A stretch of 64,000 nt of DNA from an uncultured Dehalococcoidia bacterium (GCA_964409595.1 CAYPDR010000018.1:56064-120063), one strand, 5' to 3'. Shown: positions 39,262 through 49,898, counted from the stretch's first letter. Notes: generated by a model not told the origin, from the letters alone. Translations and numbers: made by a program.

Positions 39262-40830
39262 ATGCTAGACATACTAATACATGACGGAATTATCATAGAC
39301 GGCACTGGAAACCCTGGATATCGTGGGGCTATCGCCATCCAAGGGGACGAGATCAATATCATTAGGGAAGATCCATCATCCATAGAATCTGCAAGACGTA
39401 TCGACGCATCTGGAAAAATCATTTCACCTGGGTTTATAGACATGCACGCCCATTCCGGATTGGTAATGCTTTCTGAACCAGAACACGAACCGAAGGTTAG
39501 ACAAGGAATAACGACCGAACTAATAGGAGTCGACGGTAACTCCTACGCGCCATTCCGTAACCATAAAGATTTTTTACGATTCGTTGAGATTAATTCCGGG
39601 TTGGATGGAAATCCTTCTCTAACTTCCAATTGGTCAACTGTCGAGCAATACCTCAACCTGTTTGACGGAAAAGGGGCAGTAAATGTCGCTTATCTAGTAG
39701 GTAATTCTCCCCTGAGGATCGATGCGATCGGATGGGAGGACACACCTGCCACAAAAAAAGACATTGCCAACATGAAGGCCATGATACGCGAATCTATGGA
39801 AGAAGGAGCATTTGGCATGTCAACAGGCTTAGATTACCCTCCAGGTGGTTACGCCTCTACGGATGAATTAGTCGAATTATCCCACCAAGTAAACGATCTG
39901 GGCGGTATTTATCATACCCATGTTAGATATAGGTTAGGTGATGGTTTTCTCGACCCATTTCGAGAGGCAGTCGAAATCGGTGCAAGGAGCGATGTTCCAG
40001 TACATATAACTCATTTTTACCAACCAGCCCCTCTTAGGGGGGGGGGAAATCGCCTTTTAGAATATGTGGAATCCGTTTCAGAAAATGGACAAGACATTAC
40101 GTTCGATAGCTATCCCTATGTTTATGGAAGCACTCGCATTTTAATAGTATTCCCTGATTGGGCGCACGATGGTGGTCCAGAGGAAATCCGCAAAATACTC
40201 GCCTCTGAAAAAAACCGGCAAAGGTTGAGGGAGGAGGTGGTCCCTAGAGCAACTTCGTGGCACGAAATGTGGCTTACATATTTTAAAAGGCCCGAAAATC
40301 ATCAATTTGAAGGAAAGTCAGTCGCCCAAATATCGGAGATATTAAATATGCACCCTGTAGACGCTCTTTGCGAGCTCCTATTGGCTGAAGATCTCCAAAT
40401 CTGCTACGTGGCGATGGGGCTAAACGCCAACACTTTACCTGCCTTCGTGTCCCATCCGCTTTCAATGGTTGGTAGTGACGCAGTTTTATTGGGCGACTTC
40501 CCTAGCCCTCGAACTTACGGTTGTTTCCCAATCATTTTGGCTGAATACGTACGAGAGGAGAGACAACTATCGCTTCCCGATGCGATTCGAAAAATGACTT
40601 CCTTCCCGGCGCAAAGACTGGGGCTGCCTGACAGAGGGATTCTAAGAAACGGTATGAAGGCTGACATTACAATTTTCGACCCTAATGAAGTTTCCGCACC
40701 AGCAACGAGAACTGACCCTAAACAATTTCCTATAGGAATTAACTATGTAATCGTTAATGGAACAATCGTGATCGATGACAACACACACACCGGGGCCCTT
40801 CCAGGAAAAGCCCTTAGAAGAGGTAAGTAG
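39262..40830 (+). CDS. N-acyl-D-amino-acid deacylase (D-aminoacylase) family amidohydrolase
   Basis: Contains IIDGTGNPGYRG...ASGKIISPGFIDMHAHS. ATG 39262 is preceded by GAGGAG; the ORF track opens at GTG 39220. Confidence 0.8.
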   Translation: MLDILIHDGIIIDGTGNPGYRGAIAIQGDEINIIREDPSSIESARRIDASGKIISPGFIDMHAHSGLVMLSEPEHEPKVRQGITTELIGVDGNSYAPFRNHKDFLRFVEINSGLDGNPSLTSNWSTVEQYLNLFDGKGAVNVAYLVGNSPLRIDAIGWEDTPATKKDIANMKAMIRESMEEGAFGMSTGLDYPPGGYASTDELVELSHQVNDLGGIYHTHVRYRLGDGFLDPFREAVEIGARSDVPVHITHFYQPAPLRGGGNRLLEYVESVSENGQDITFDSYPYVYGSTRILIVFPDWAHDGGPEEIRKILASEKNRQRLREEVVPRATSWHEMWLTYFKRPENHQFEGKSVAQISEILNMHPVDALCELLLAEDLQICYVAMGLNANTLPAFVSHPLSMVGSDAVLLGDFPSPRTYGCFPIILAEYVREERQLSLPDAIRKMTSFPAQRLGLPDRGILRNGMKADITIFDPNEVSAPATRTDPKQFPIGINYVIVNGTIVIDDNTHTGALPGKALRRGK

Positions 40831-40841
40831 AAGAGCTTCTA

Positions 40842-43175
40842 TCAAGGCATAAGCAACTGGTTAGACACCGCAATCGAATCGACTTTTCTTTCTGTATATG
40901 CCATGTGGATAGCTTCGACATTAGCCCAACTTTCAGCTTGGTCTGAGTAATGAACACTTCCTGGGTGTCCGGAAGAACCTAAAGGCACTATCCACCTAGA
41001 ATTATCCCAATCTGAAAGGTCAAAAACATATCTCGCAACTGATGTCGAGGTTACATCGAATGGATCGACATGAGCAAAGGCACCAGCTTGAGGAGTGTCT
41101 CCATCGCCCGCTATCCCAAAAGAAGGGGGATTCAAGTATGCAGATAGTTCTGGAAAAATAGAAGAAAGGGGATGCTGAGGATTGATCCGGTGAACCCTGC
41201 TCCATTGCCAGAACGCCATATCGTGCCCAAACATCTCTCGAAGCAATTTAAGACCAGCAATGAAGGCTTCTTCCACAACCTCTTCCCACAATTCTCCTTC
41301 CTGAAGTAACTCAGTGTTTCCCCGCACCACGTGCGACACTAGACGTGATCCAAGCTGGCTCACGTGCCTCGGAGCACCCCTACCCCCAGACACCATAGCT
41401 TCATCTGCAAGGCCACCGAAAAGGTTTTGCATAATTCGCTCATGTAGCTTGATCCGAAATGCGGAAAAAATGGTGGCAGCAACAGAATCTGACTCCATGG
41501 ACCCATTCCATATCTCTAGGACTTTTTGGGCAGTTTTGTCCTCCTCAGAAGTGACCTCTATTTTATTGATGACAGGTAAATAAGCTAAGGCTGGTATCGA
41601 CACCCTTTCTGCGTGCACGCTGAGCATATCTTCGACAGAAGCTTTGGGGAGACCATGAATTCGTTCAACTATCCTTCTTGCCCGATATTCGGGAGCATAT
41701 TCAAGAGCTATGTAGTAAGGATAGTCACTATCAACGATTCGATTGTTGGCAGTCACAATATATCCATTGTTTGGATTTTGAATTCTGGCCAGCTGGGTAA
41801 ATGGTATGTATCCGTCCCATTCGTGTTCTCCGGTCCAACCGGGAACAGGAAGCCAAGCGTTATAAGGTGATCGGATAGGAACCTTACCTCGGTTCAAATA
41901 ACGAATATCACCGTTCACGTCGACGAAAAGATAATTATTACACGGGTCCACCCAATCCCTCATTGCCTCATCCGCGTCGTCAACCGAAGTAGCTTTCATT
42001 TGAGGAATCAGTGATTGAACTCCCAAGTTTGGTTCCACTGTAGAAGTGTACATTAACGCCAATCCCACAGATTCATCGCTACTTTCGCTTATAATGGGGC
42101 CGTGCCTAGTACACTTGACTATAATTATCTCATCATCTCCCCCAGAAACCACAATTCTTTCAGACCTTAATTCAACGTCAACCTTCTCCCCTTTCCATTC
42201 ATATTTAAGCGGGTCTCCGCCATCAAATCGTTCTATGAATAGATCCTGATAATCCGCTCCCGCATGGGTAACAGACCACGCCACATTCCGATTGTGCCCA
42301 AAATGAGGAAACCCAGGAAACCCAGGAAACGAGAGCCCAATCACATCAAAATCAGGACATGTAATCTGGTTTTGGAAGTAACAATTGGGCACGTCCAAAC
42401 CACGATGGGGATCACCTGCCAAAAGAGGCTTCCCGGTTATGGTTCTATTCCCATGAATTGCCCAACTGTTGCTTCCTGCGTCAGGCGATTCTAAAACCTT
42501 TTCTATATACGGAAAACTTTCTTTGAGGTGTTGGTAGCTATCAGCGATGTTCCCAGAAAATTCTGCCAGTGGCGGCACTATCAACAGGTGTCCCTGTTGA
42601 TATCCTTTAAGTAACTCTGAAGCACGTTCAGGACCTAACTCATTCACTAATTGAGCTCTCCAAATCTTGCCCTCAAACACTCCCATCATAATGTGTCTGA
42701 CTTTGAACACAGCTAGTGAATCTTGTTCAGTCCAAAGCTTGGGTTCTGCACCTAATATGGAATACTCTACCGGCAGGTTTTTAGTGGTATTAATAAAAGC
42801 ATTGACACCAGAAGAATAAGACTTAAGCATTTCGCGAGTTTCCGATTTCAAGTTCTCGTAGTCTCTTTTTACAGACTCAGCGATCTGGAACTTTCTCATC
42901 AACCGGTCGCTTTCGATTCCAGGTGCCCCTACAAGTTCTGCCCATCTTCCGTATGCTTTTCTGCGATCAAAATCCATATGCCATAACCTATCCTGAGCAG
43001 TTGCAAAACCCTGTCCAAAAAAAACATCATGTGTATTATTTGCACGCACATGGGGAATTCCATGTGCGTCACGTATGATATTAATTTCGGCTCTCAAACC
43101 AGACACTTTCAACGCCGACCTAGTGTCTGGAAGAGCCGAATGAATTCGTGACTCCGGAAGAAGTTTATTGGTCAT
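40842..43175 (-). CDS. Penicillin acylase family protein (Ntn hydrolase, S45)
   Basis: 777 aa with GIPHV, QDRLWHMD and the autoprocessing site GSNSWA. There is no obvious signal peptide. Confidence 0.85.
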   Translation of the reverse strand: MTNKLLPESRIHSALPDTRSALKVSGLRAEINIIRDAHGIPHVRANNTHDVFFGQGFATAQDRLWHMDFDRRKAYGRWAELVGAPGIESDRLMRKFQIAESVKRDYENLKSETREMLKSYSSGVNAFINTTKNLPVEYSILGAEPKLWTEQDSLAVFKVRHIMMGVFEGKIWRAQLVNELGPERASELLKGYQQGHLLIVPPLAEFSGNIADSYQHLKESFPYIEKVLESPDAGSNSWAIHGNRTITGKPLLAGDPHRGLDVPNCYFQNQITCPDFDVIGLSFPGFPGFPHFGHNRNVAWSVTHAGADYQDLFIERFDGGDPLKYEWKGEKVDVELRSERIVVSGGDDEIIIVKCTRHGPIISESSDESVGLALMYTSTVEPNLGVQSLIPQMKATSVDDADEAMRDWVDPCNNYLFVDVNGDIRYLNRGKVPIRSPYNAWLPVPGWTGEHEWDGYIPFTQLARIQNPNNGYIVTANNRIVDSDYPYYIALEYAPEYRARRIVERIHGLPKASVEDMLSVHAERVSIPALAYLPVINKIEVTSEEDKTAQKVLEIWNGSMESDSVAATIFSAFRIKLHERIMQNLFGGLADEAMVSGGRGAPRHVSQLGSRLVSHVVRGNTELLQEGELWEEVVEEAFIAGLKLLREMFGHDMAFWQWSRVHRINPQHPLSSIFPELSAYLNPPSFGIAGDGDTPQAGAFAHVDPFDVTSTSVARYVFDLSDWDNSRWIVPLGSSGHPGSVHYSDQAESWANVEAIHMAYTERKVDSIAVSNQLLMP

Positions 43176-43231
43176 TTATGACGTTCCTGTCTCCATATAC
43201 AAATTGTTATACCCCTAATGACGAAATTAAA

Positions 43232-45712
43232 TTAGCTGAAGCTAACGGGATCAACATCAATAATCCATCCTTTCGGCATTTTCCTTATCCCCCCGCCCGA
43301 AGTTATCAAATTAACTTTATCTAGAAGAGATCTCGGGTTAGGACCTCTCAAAAGGATCTGCCAACGATAATTGCCACGAACCCTTGATGGATAAGCGGGT
43401 GTCGGCCCAATAACATCGGTATCGAACAAACCCGACTTTCCTTGTTCGATATTTATTAATTGGAATAAATCATTTGCTCTCCGTTCAGAAGTAGCGCTTT
43501 TAGTATGCTGATGCACCAATCTGATCAATTTGCTAAACGGAGGGTAAATATAACGTTTTCTGTATGAGGACTCGGTCTCGAAAAATGAGTCGTAATCTTG
43601 AGTGGCGGCAGCCGCAATTGCGTAATGATGAGGCTGATGGGTCTGCACTATTACCCTCCCCGGCTTCTTTCCTCGTCCCGCTCTGCCCGCAACTTGGCAT
43701 AGAAGTTGGAAAGTTCGTTCTCCGGTACGAAAGTCTGGAACACCGAGTCCAATATCAGCAGAAACCACTCCCACTAGAGTGACTGAAGGTATGTGGTGTC
43801 CTTTGGCAATAAGTTGGGTACCAACTAGTATCTGGGACCCGCCGCTGCGAAACTCCCTCAATATGTTTTCATATTCATTTATATGTTTCGCAGCATCACG
43901 ATCCCATCTAATTACGTTGGCCTCTGGAAACAGTTCCGACACCTTATCACTGACAAGCTGAGTACCAATTCCGTACCTGCTGAGAGAAGGTGTGCCGCAA
44001 GTAGGGCAAGCGACTAGCAAACGTGTGCGCCGCCCGCAATAGTGACATACCAATCTTTCATAATAGGTATGGTAGGTGAGAGCAATGTCGCAGCTTCGAC
44101 ATTGTATTGCATGCCCACAGGCACGGCATTGAGTAAGCGAGGAAGCTCCCCTCCTATTAAGAAATAGGATGACTTGTTCTTCCTTCAAAAGGGTTTCTTC
44201 AATAGCCGTTAGCAGTTCTTCGCTGAATATACCTCCATTTCCACTTCGAAGCTCATCTCTCATATCCACTACAGTTATTGGTGCAAGATTTCCTTCGATG
44301 CTGGTCCGATGCAACCTTGGACTAGGCAGGAATCTTTGGGATAGTTTCGACAGACGGTAACGATTCCTTTTGGCTCTATGAAATGACTCCACATCTGGCG
44401 AGGCCGAGCCGAGTACGACGGCGGCCTTGGTAAGCCCAGCAAGCTGCATTGCTACATCCCGGGCGTGATAGCGTGGGCTGGATTCATTCTGCTTGTAAGT
44501 CCATTCATGCTCTTCGTCGATAATTACCAACCCCAATTCTGGTTGAGGCGCAAATATAGCACTCCTTGAACCGATAACAACACCGTATTGTCCATCTCGT
44601 ATCTTCCACCATTGGTCAAATCGCTCACCCGCTGATAAGCCGCTGTGCATAACAGCGATCTGTTCATTGAAACAAGAACCAAATCTTTCGACGGTTTGGG
44701 GAGTCAGAGCAATTTCAGGAACTAGTACAATGGCTCTTCTCCCCAGATTTAGACAGTGCTGTACAGCCTTCAAATACACCTCAGTCTTACCACTTCCTGT
44801 CACACCATGGATGAGAATGGCCCTCGGATTTTCACTAGGCTTCTCTAGCATATCAACGATGGCCGACAGGGAAAATTCCTGCTCCTTGGTTAACAGAACC
44901 CGGACGTCCGAGTTGTATTCCTTTCCTTCAAGAGGATCCCTAAAAATGCGTTGCTTCTTATATTTTATAAACCCTTTTTCCTCAGCCGCCTTGACTACTG
45001 TGTAACCAAATTGCTTCCTAGCCTCTGTAACGGTTTTAGGACCATGTGCCGAGGCTATTGACTTCACAAGTTCCTTTTGCATTAACGCTCGCTTGAAACC
45101 ATCAATTCTTAGCATGCCTAGTCCAAGGTCAGTAGCATATGGAATAAATTCAAAGCGAGGCCCAACTGACGATTTGGCTTTGACATCTTCCCTAACAAGG
45201 AGATTCATATCTACAAGCCTAGTTATAGCAAATCGAGCGTTTTGCCCAAAATATTTCAACACCTTGTCTAAGTTCACCCTTCCTCGGGAATTAACGTAAG
45301 CAAGGACGTTTTTTTGAAAATCCTTCAGGAGATAGCTATTGTTAATATCAGACGCACTATCTCTAGCCGAAATCCAAGTTATATTTCGACTTTTAACCCC
45401 TAGAGGAATCATTAACGATGATGCTTCGAAAAGAGAACACATATAGTATTCGCTCAACCATCGGGCAAGACGAAGTCTCACTTTATCTAAAAGAGGTTTT
45501 TCTTCAGAGAGATCAAGAATGTCTTTTGTGTTTTCGACTCCCGGTTCGTCTGTTATCGAAAATACAAGTCCATCACGAGTCTGTCGTCCAAACGGAACAG
45601 AAACCAATTGTCCTTCTGACACGCTGATCCTGGGTGGGATCGAATACGTGAACGTGCGATTACTTCCGACAGGGGAATCGACAGCCACTTCCGCAAACTT
45701 CAAGGCACCCAC
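43232..45712 (-). CDS. priA: Primosomal protein N' (replication restart helicase PriA)
   Basis: Contains Walker A GVTGSGKTEVY, DEEH and the Cys-rich zinc region CRACGHAIQCRSCD...CHYCG...CPTCG. Confidence 0.95.
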   Translation of the reverse strand: MGALKFAEVAVDSPVGSNRTFTYSIPPRISVSEGQLVSVPFGRQTRDGLVFSITDEPGVENTKDILDLSEEKPLLDKVRLRLARWLSEYYMCSLFEASSLMIPLGVKSRNITWISARDSASDINNSYLLKDFQKNVLAYVNSRGRVNLDKVLKYFGQNARFAITRLVDMNLLVREDVKAKSSVGPRFEFIPYATDLGLGMLRIDGFKRALMQKELVKSIASAHGPKTVTEARKQFGYTVVKAAEEKGFIKYKKQRIFRDPLEGKEYNSDVRVLLTKEQEFSLSAIVDMLEKPSENPRAILIHGVTGSGKTEVYLKAVQHCLNLGRRAIVLVPEIALTPQTVERFGSCFNEQIAVMHSGLSAGERFDQWWKIRDGQYGVVIGSRSAIFAPQPELGLVIIDEEHEWTYKQNESSPRYHARDVAMQLAGLTKAAVVLGSASPDVESFHRAKRNRYRLSKLSQRFLPSPRLHRTSIEGNLAPITVVDMRDELRSGNGGIFSEELLTAIEETLLKEEQVILFLNRRGASSLTQCRACGHAIQCRSCDIALTYHTYYERLVCHYCGRRTRLLVACPTCGTPSLSRYGIGTQLVSDKVSELFPEANVIRWDRDAAKHINEYENILREFRSGGSQILVGTQLIAKGHHIPSVTLVGVVSADIGLGVPDFRTGERTFQLLCQVAGRAGRGKKPGRVIVQTHQPHHYAIAAAATQDYDSFFETESSYRKRYIYPPFSKLIRLVHQHTKSATSERRANDLFQLINIEQGKSGLFDTDVIGPTPAYPSRVRGNYRWQILLRGPNPRSLLDKVNLITSGGGIRKMPKGWIIDVDPVSFS

Positions 45713-45808
45713 TTACACTGCCCTGATTTCAAATACATTCCAACCTTATTCTGTGGCTAGATGAGACCGTAAGTCTCACAGATTTTGGGGACGCTCAGCG
45801 CTACCGAA

Positions 45809-46168
45809 TTAGTTTCTCCTGTCTTCTTTAATGCGGGCTGATCGTCCCGAACGCTGACGTAAATAGTAGAGCCTAGACCTTCTAACCTTACCGCGCCTTG
45901 ATACGACCACTGACTCAACGTTAGGGGAACCTGTCAGGAATGTCCGCTCTACTCCGACTTGATTCGAGATTCTCCTGACCGTAAAAGTCTCACCCTGACC
46001 GCTACCTCGTCGCCGTATTACAACACCTTCAAATCCTTGAGTTCTAACTCTTTCACCTTCGACTACCTTAACATTGACCCTAACAGTATCGCCGGCTCTG
46101 AATTCTTCAATTTCAGGATTTTTTTGGATTGGAATTAGATTATGGGCATCCATTAAATTTTGTTCCAA
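45809..46168 (-). CDS. rplS: 50S ribosomal protein L19
   Basis: Contains [23 protein letters not shown] and RRSRLYYLR. The true start may be the internal ATG at 46153. Confidence 0.9.
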   Translation of the reverse strand: MEQNLMDAHNLIPIQKNPEIEEFRAGDTVRVNVKVVEGERVRTQGFEGVVIRRRGSGQGETFTVRRISNQVGVERTFLTGSPNVESVVVSRRGKVRRSRLYYLRQRSGRSARIKEDRRN

Positions 46169-46392
46169 GTGAATCTATTTTAGTTCAAACACCACCTTCA
46201 GGAAACTCGGGCGGCAGCCAATTCTATCGCCATAGCCCCCTATTACGCAATATAAATCCATTTAAGTATCGAGACCACTAGTGGGTCAAACCTAACCAAA
46301 ATTTCAACAATAATGGGTCTTACTCCAAATCTGGTAGTGGAATGAGTAACCAAACTTTGCGTCAAAAACAGAAGAATCGACCTCTGAGGAGC

Positions 46393-46442
46393 TTTGTTTG
46401 TTAGAATGGTTCATTAAGAAAATGACGATTCTACAAACAAAC
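46393..46442. other. Long imperfect inverted repeat (about 15-bp stem, 20-nt loop) upstream of tatA
   Basis: The arm TTTGTTTGTTAGAAT (46393-46407) pairs with ATTCTACAAACAAAC (46428-46442) with one bulged T. Confidence 0.5.
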
Positions 46443-46465
46443 ACTCGAACCTTGGGGGAATATCC

Positions 46466-46681
46466 ATGTCGTTCATGAGGCCTGGACCAATGGAACTTAT
46501 AATAATCCTCGTCGTTGTACTGATTATTTTCGGAGTCGGAAAACTTCCTGAGATTGGCGGAGCTATGGGGAAAGCAATAAGGGAGTTCCGAAACACCCAG
46601 AAAGATGGAGAGGATGATCGCAATCAGGAAACTGCGTCTATATCACCATCAGACAAAGAAGAAAAATCTTCGAAGAAATAG
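46466..46681 (+). CDS. tatA: Twin-arginine translocase subunit TatA/E
   Basis: [33 protein letters not shown] is the TatA signature, including the FG..KLP motif. Confidence 0.85.
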   Translation: MSFMRPGPMELIIILVVVLIIFGVGKLPEIGGAMGKAIREFRNTQKDGEDDRNQETASISPSDKEEKSSKK

Positions 46682-46767
46682 CTCCTTCTCGATAGTTACT
46701 TGTTCAGCAGTCGACATGTAGACATTCAGCTACGTTGGTCATATTGACCAGATACGAGATACCGATG

Positions 46768-47520
46768 TCATAGAGAATCTCCTCTACTTCTAATCCGGTA
46801 CCCAAGTTTAGAAAGATGGATACCAACTTCGTACAGAACTATAATCGGCGCAGCAACAAAAGCTTGGTTTATCGGGTCTAAAGTCGGGGTAATAATGGCA
46901 CCAAGTATGAAGGCGATAACAACTGCCCACCTCCTCCTCGCAGACAAGAAATCTGGAGCAACTATTCCCAATCGCGCTAGAAAGAACAAAACTATCGGTA
47001 GCTCAAAAACTATTCCCATCCAAAACAGGAGAGCCAGCATTAGATTGACATAGTTTCCAATCCTGATCATAGGTGTCGCTATTTCGTCACCAAAAGTGAT
47101 AAGAAATTTCACTGCGGGGGGAAACAATATGAAATATCCGAACGCTGCTCCCAGAAGGAAAACGAGGATGGTGATAGGAACAAGCGAATAAAGATACCGT
47201 TTTTCAGTGCGACTTAATCCTGGGGATACGAACATAATTATCTGCCATAGAAGAAACGGGAGTGAACCGAAAAACCCGACGAGTAACGACGCCTTCATCG
47301 CTATGCCAATAAACTCCGTCAAATCTGTATAAACCGGTTTGCTATGCGGAAGTTCGGTAAATTCACCGGCGGGAACCATCAACACGTGAAGTATCTGCTG
47401 ATGAAAAACAAAGGCAATTATCGTGGAAAATATAATTACCCCAGCCGACCATGTCAGCCTTCTCCTCAGTTCAGAAAGATGTTCTCCCAAACTTTGACCT
47501 TCTATACTCAATTTGTTCAT
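46768..47520 (-). CDS. tatC: Twin-arginine translocase subunit TatC
   Basis: 250 aa with six TM helices. The LGEHLSELRRRL N-terminus is typical of TatC. Confidence 0.95.
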   Translation of the reverse strand: MNKLSIEGQSLGEHLSELRRRLTWSAGVIIFSTIIAFVFHQQILHVLMVPAGEFTELPHSKPVYTDLTEFIGIAMKASLLVGFFGSLPFLLWQIIMFVSPGLSRTEKRYLYSLVPITILVFLLGAAFGYFILFPPAVKFLITFGDEIATPMIRIGNYVNLMLALLFWMGIVFELPIVLFFLARLGIVAPDFLSARRRWAVVIAFILGAIITPTLDPINQAFVAAPIIVLYEVGIHLSKLGYRIRSRGDSL

Positions 47521-47906
47521 GTCGAAGTTGGATGGCTAGGCTTATCTTCTTCGCTGTTTTCTGAAGAGAATTTTTCCGTCACAGGATCTGATCTTGCTTC
47601 TTTGAGTGACGACGAGATTTCCTTAAATGGAACAGGTGATTCTGAATCATCTAACTCAGACAATGCACTGCGATCACCCGGTCTATCACCGGTTGAATCG
47701 GCTTGTGCACTTCGCATTTTCCCCGATTTGATTGATAAATTCTCTTCATCATCAAGATTTATATGGGGGATTTCCTCAGCAAGGCGTCTAAGTTGCCCTA
47801 CTAATTTACCTATAGAACGCGCACCGTCCAACATTTTGCCAGGCCCTAAAAAAATAAAGGCGACCAACATGATGACCAACATTTCCAATGTGCCCATTCC
47901 CATCAT
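47517..47906 (-). CDS. tatB: TatB-like twin-arginine translocase subunit
   Basis: N-terminal TM helix plus amphipathic helix with the GP motif (LEMLVIMLVAFIFLGPGKML) and an acidic tail. It overlaps the tatC start. Confidence 0.7.
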   Translation of the reverse strand: MMGMGTLEMLVIMLVAFIFLGPGKMLDGARSIGKLVGQLRRLAEEIPHINLDDEENLSIKSGKMRSAQADSTGDRPGDRSALSELDDSESPVPFKEISSSLKEARSDPVTEKFSSENSEEDKPSHPTST

Positions 47907-48592
47907 TTCGTCTCACCGTTCCGTAAAATTGACCCATCATCGAACAATTTGGATATGTGAACACGAGAGTCAGGAATAGTGCCGCAACAAATCGGATCTA
48001 CCTCTATACCCACCTCGCATAACATCTTCGACAAAAGACATAAAGGAAGTCCAACTGCTCCACTATAACAACCTTCAAATTCACTCACCGGATTAAACCG
48101 GCTGTCTTGGATTGCGTAAGCACCAGCTTTGTCCATAGGGTCCCCAGTAGATATATATTCTGCGACCTCCTCTGGCAAATAATCCCGCATCATTATCAGT
48201 GCAGATGAGGTACGTATCACCGGGTTGACTAACTCTGGAGTTGCCAGAGCAACCGCAGTAACAACACGATGAGCTCGTCCCCTCAACGCGTTTAACATAG
48301 ATTCGGCCATCAGAAGGTCGGCCGGCTTCCCAAAAACGATACCATCAAGAACGACGATTGTATCCGAACCAATAACCAAACGGGATGTAACTTCTTCCCG
48401 CACGACAGAGAGAGCCTTAGAGACCGCCATCCTCCGCGCATAGTCTATGGGGGATTCCTGTTGATGGGGAGGTACTTCTTCAAAAATCGGGGCACATGAA
48501 TTAAAAGGCACGCCTAAACAGGAGATAAGCCGACGTCTCCTCGGTGAGGAGGAGGCGAGAGATATTGGTAATCCGGACATTAAATCGGACAT
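47903..48592 (-). CDS. maf: Maf-like nucleoside triphosphate pyrophosphatase
   Basis: LASSSPRRRRLI...GSDTIVVLDG...GKP...KAGAYAIQ is typical of Maf. Confidence 0.85.
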   Translation of the reverse strand: MSDLMSGLPISLASSSPRRRRLISCLGVPFNSCAPIFEEVPPHQQESPIDYARRMAVSKALSVVREEVTSRLVIGSDTIVVLDGIVFGKPADLLMAESMLNALRGRAHRVVTAVALATPELVNPVIRTSSALIMMRDYLPEEVAEYISTGDPMDKAGAYAIQDSRFNPVSEFEGCYSGAVGLPLCLLSKMLCEVGIEVDPICCGTIPDSRVHISKLFDDGSILRNGETK

Positions 48593-48635
48593 ATATTAGA
48601 ATAAAAACTATCTGAAAGATATATATAAAAAACCC

Positions 48636-49898
48636 TCATGAGCTCATGGAACGATTATATTCACCGGCATAACGTAAATTCGCGACACATTCGATGTGGT
48701 AGGTCTGCGGAAACATGTCCACCGGTTGGATTTCAATTACTTCATACCCTCCCTTGGCAAGTATATCCAGATCTCTAGCTAAACTTGAAGGATCGCATGA
48801 GACATACACAAGTCGACTAGGACGGATCTTTATTACAGCATTAAGGGCTTCAGGATGACATCCTACCCTCGGGGGATCTAGAATAAGAGCATCAACCGAT
48901 ATCCTTAAGCTATTCAGCACGTTCTCAGTCCTGCCCACTATGAACTCCAAGTTGTTAACATCGACTGAGACAGCCTCGCCATCATCCACAGCTGATGAAG
49001 ATTCTTCTATGGCAATCACTTTCCCTGCCCTAGAAGCAAGGATAGAAGCAAATGTACCAACTCCTGCATAGGCATCTACTAAGGTATCTTCTCGATTCAG
49101 AGATAGGTAGTCCCCCACAAGATCTATCATCCACTCTGCTTGTAGGGTGTTAACTTGGAAGAAAGAGGGAGAAGCTATACGGAATTTACGCCCTTTGACT
49201 TTCTCTATATACCATTTTTGACCAGTCTGAAATGGTATATTGGGAGCGTCAAGCGTCGGCTGAATTAACCGGTCTTTTGTGTTTATACCAACTCTAACAG
49301 ACAGGTTGGTTGTCTCACTCACTTTATCTTGCAATTCATCAAGCACATTGTTGATATTCCGGTCCATTATCATGCACTCGTCTATTCTGACAAATCGTCT
49401 AGTAATTCGATTTGAGAATCCCATTTGACCACCAAATCGCACTGTAAATCGGGCATGGTTCCTATATTGAAACTGGGTCGGGGAAGGGTGGGTATTCAAA
49501 ATATTGACCTTCCTTAAAGATTTATATTTGGAAAATCGGTCTAATAAAATCTGTCTTTTCAAATTCAACTGATGCGAGTACTCAATGTGTTGCCATTGGC
49601 AGCCACTACACGGTCCAAAATTAGGGCAAGGAGGTCCCACCCTATATCTCGATGGCTCGATAATTTTGGATACCACACCTGAAACCATCTCTTGTTTGCG
49701 ACGCCTGTACCGATATATGCGGACCCGCGCCAACTCCCCAGGGATGCCTCCAAAAACTCCGATACGCCCTCCCTCAAATTCTGCTAACGTATCGCCAAGC
49801 TCGCCAACAAAACCCAATCGAAGAGTCTGGTATTCCTTGTCTTTATCTGTGGTTCTCAACGGATCGGTCATTAATTTAAGAGGCCTAAACATGTTCAT
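48636..49898 (-). CDS. TRAM-domain 23S rRNA (uracil-C5)-methyltransferase (RlmD/RumA family)
   Basis: Contains the Fe-S cysteines CPNFGPCSGCQWQH, the SAM motif DAYAGVGTF and the catalytic region LDPPRVG...YVSCDP. Confidence 0.85.
   Translation of the reverse strand: MNMFRPLKLMTDPLRTTDKDKEYQTLRLGFVGELGDTLAEFEGGRIGVFGGIPGELARVRIYRYRRRKQEMVSGVVSKIIEPSRYRVGPPCPNFGPCSGCQWQHIEYSHQLNLKRQILLDRFSKYKSLRKVNILNTHPSPTQFQYRNHARFTVRFGGQMGFSNRITRRFVRIDECMIMDRNINNVLDELQDKVSETTNLSVRVGINTKDRLIQPTLDAPNIPFQTGQKWYIEKVKGRKFRIASPSFFQVNTLQAEWMIDLVGDYLSLNREDTLVDAYAGVGTFASILASRAGKVIAIEESSSAVDDGEAVSVDVNNLEFIVGRTENVLNSLRISVDALILDPPRVGCHPEALNAVIKIRPSRLVYVSCDPSSLARDLDILAKGGYEVIEIQPVDMFPQTYHIECVANLRYAGEYNRSMSS

Noticed and set aside
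47344-47979. 211-aa plus-strand ORF spanning the tatC start and all of tatB
   Set aside because: It is entirely antisense to two genes with strong family signatures. Its product is low-complexity (Ser-rich), with no motif and no plausible Shine-Dalgarno, so it is judged a shadow ORF.
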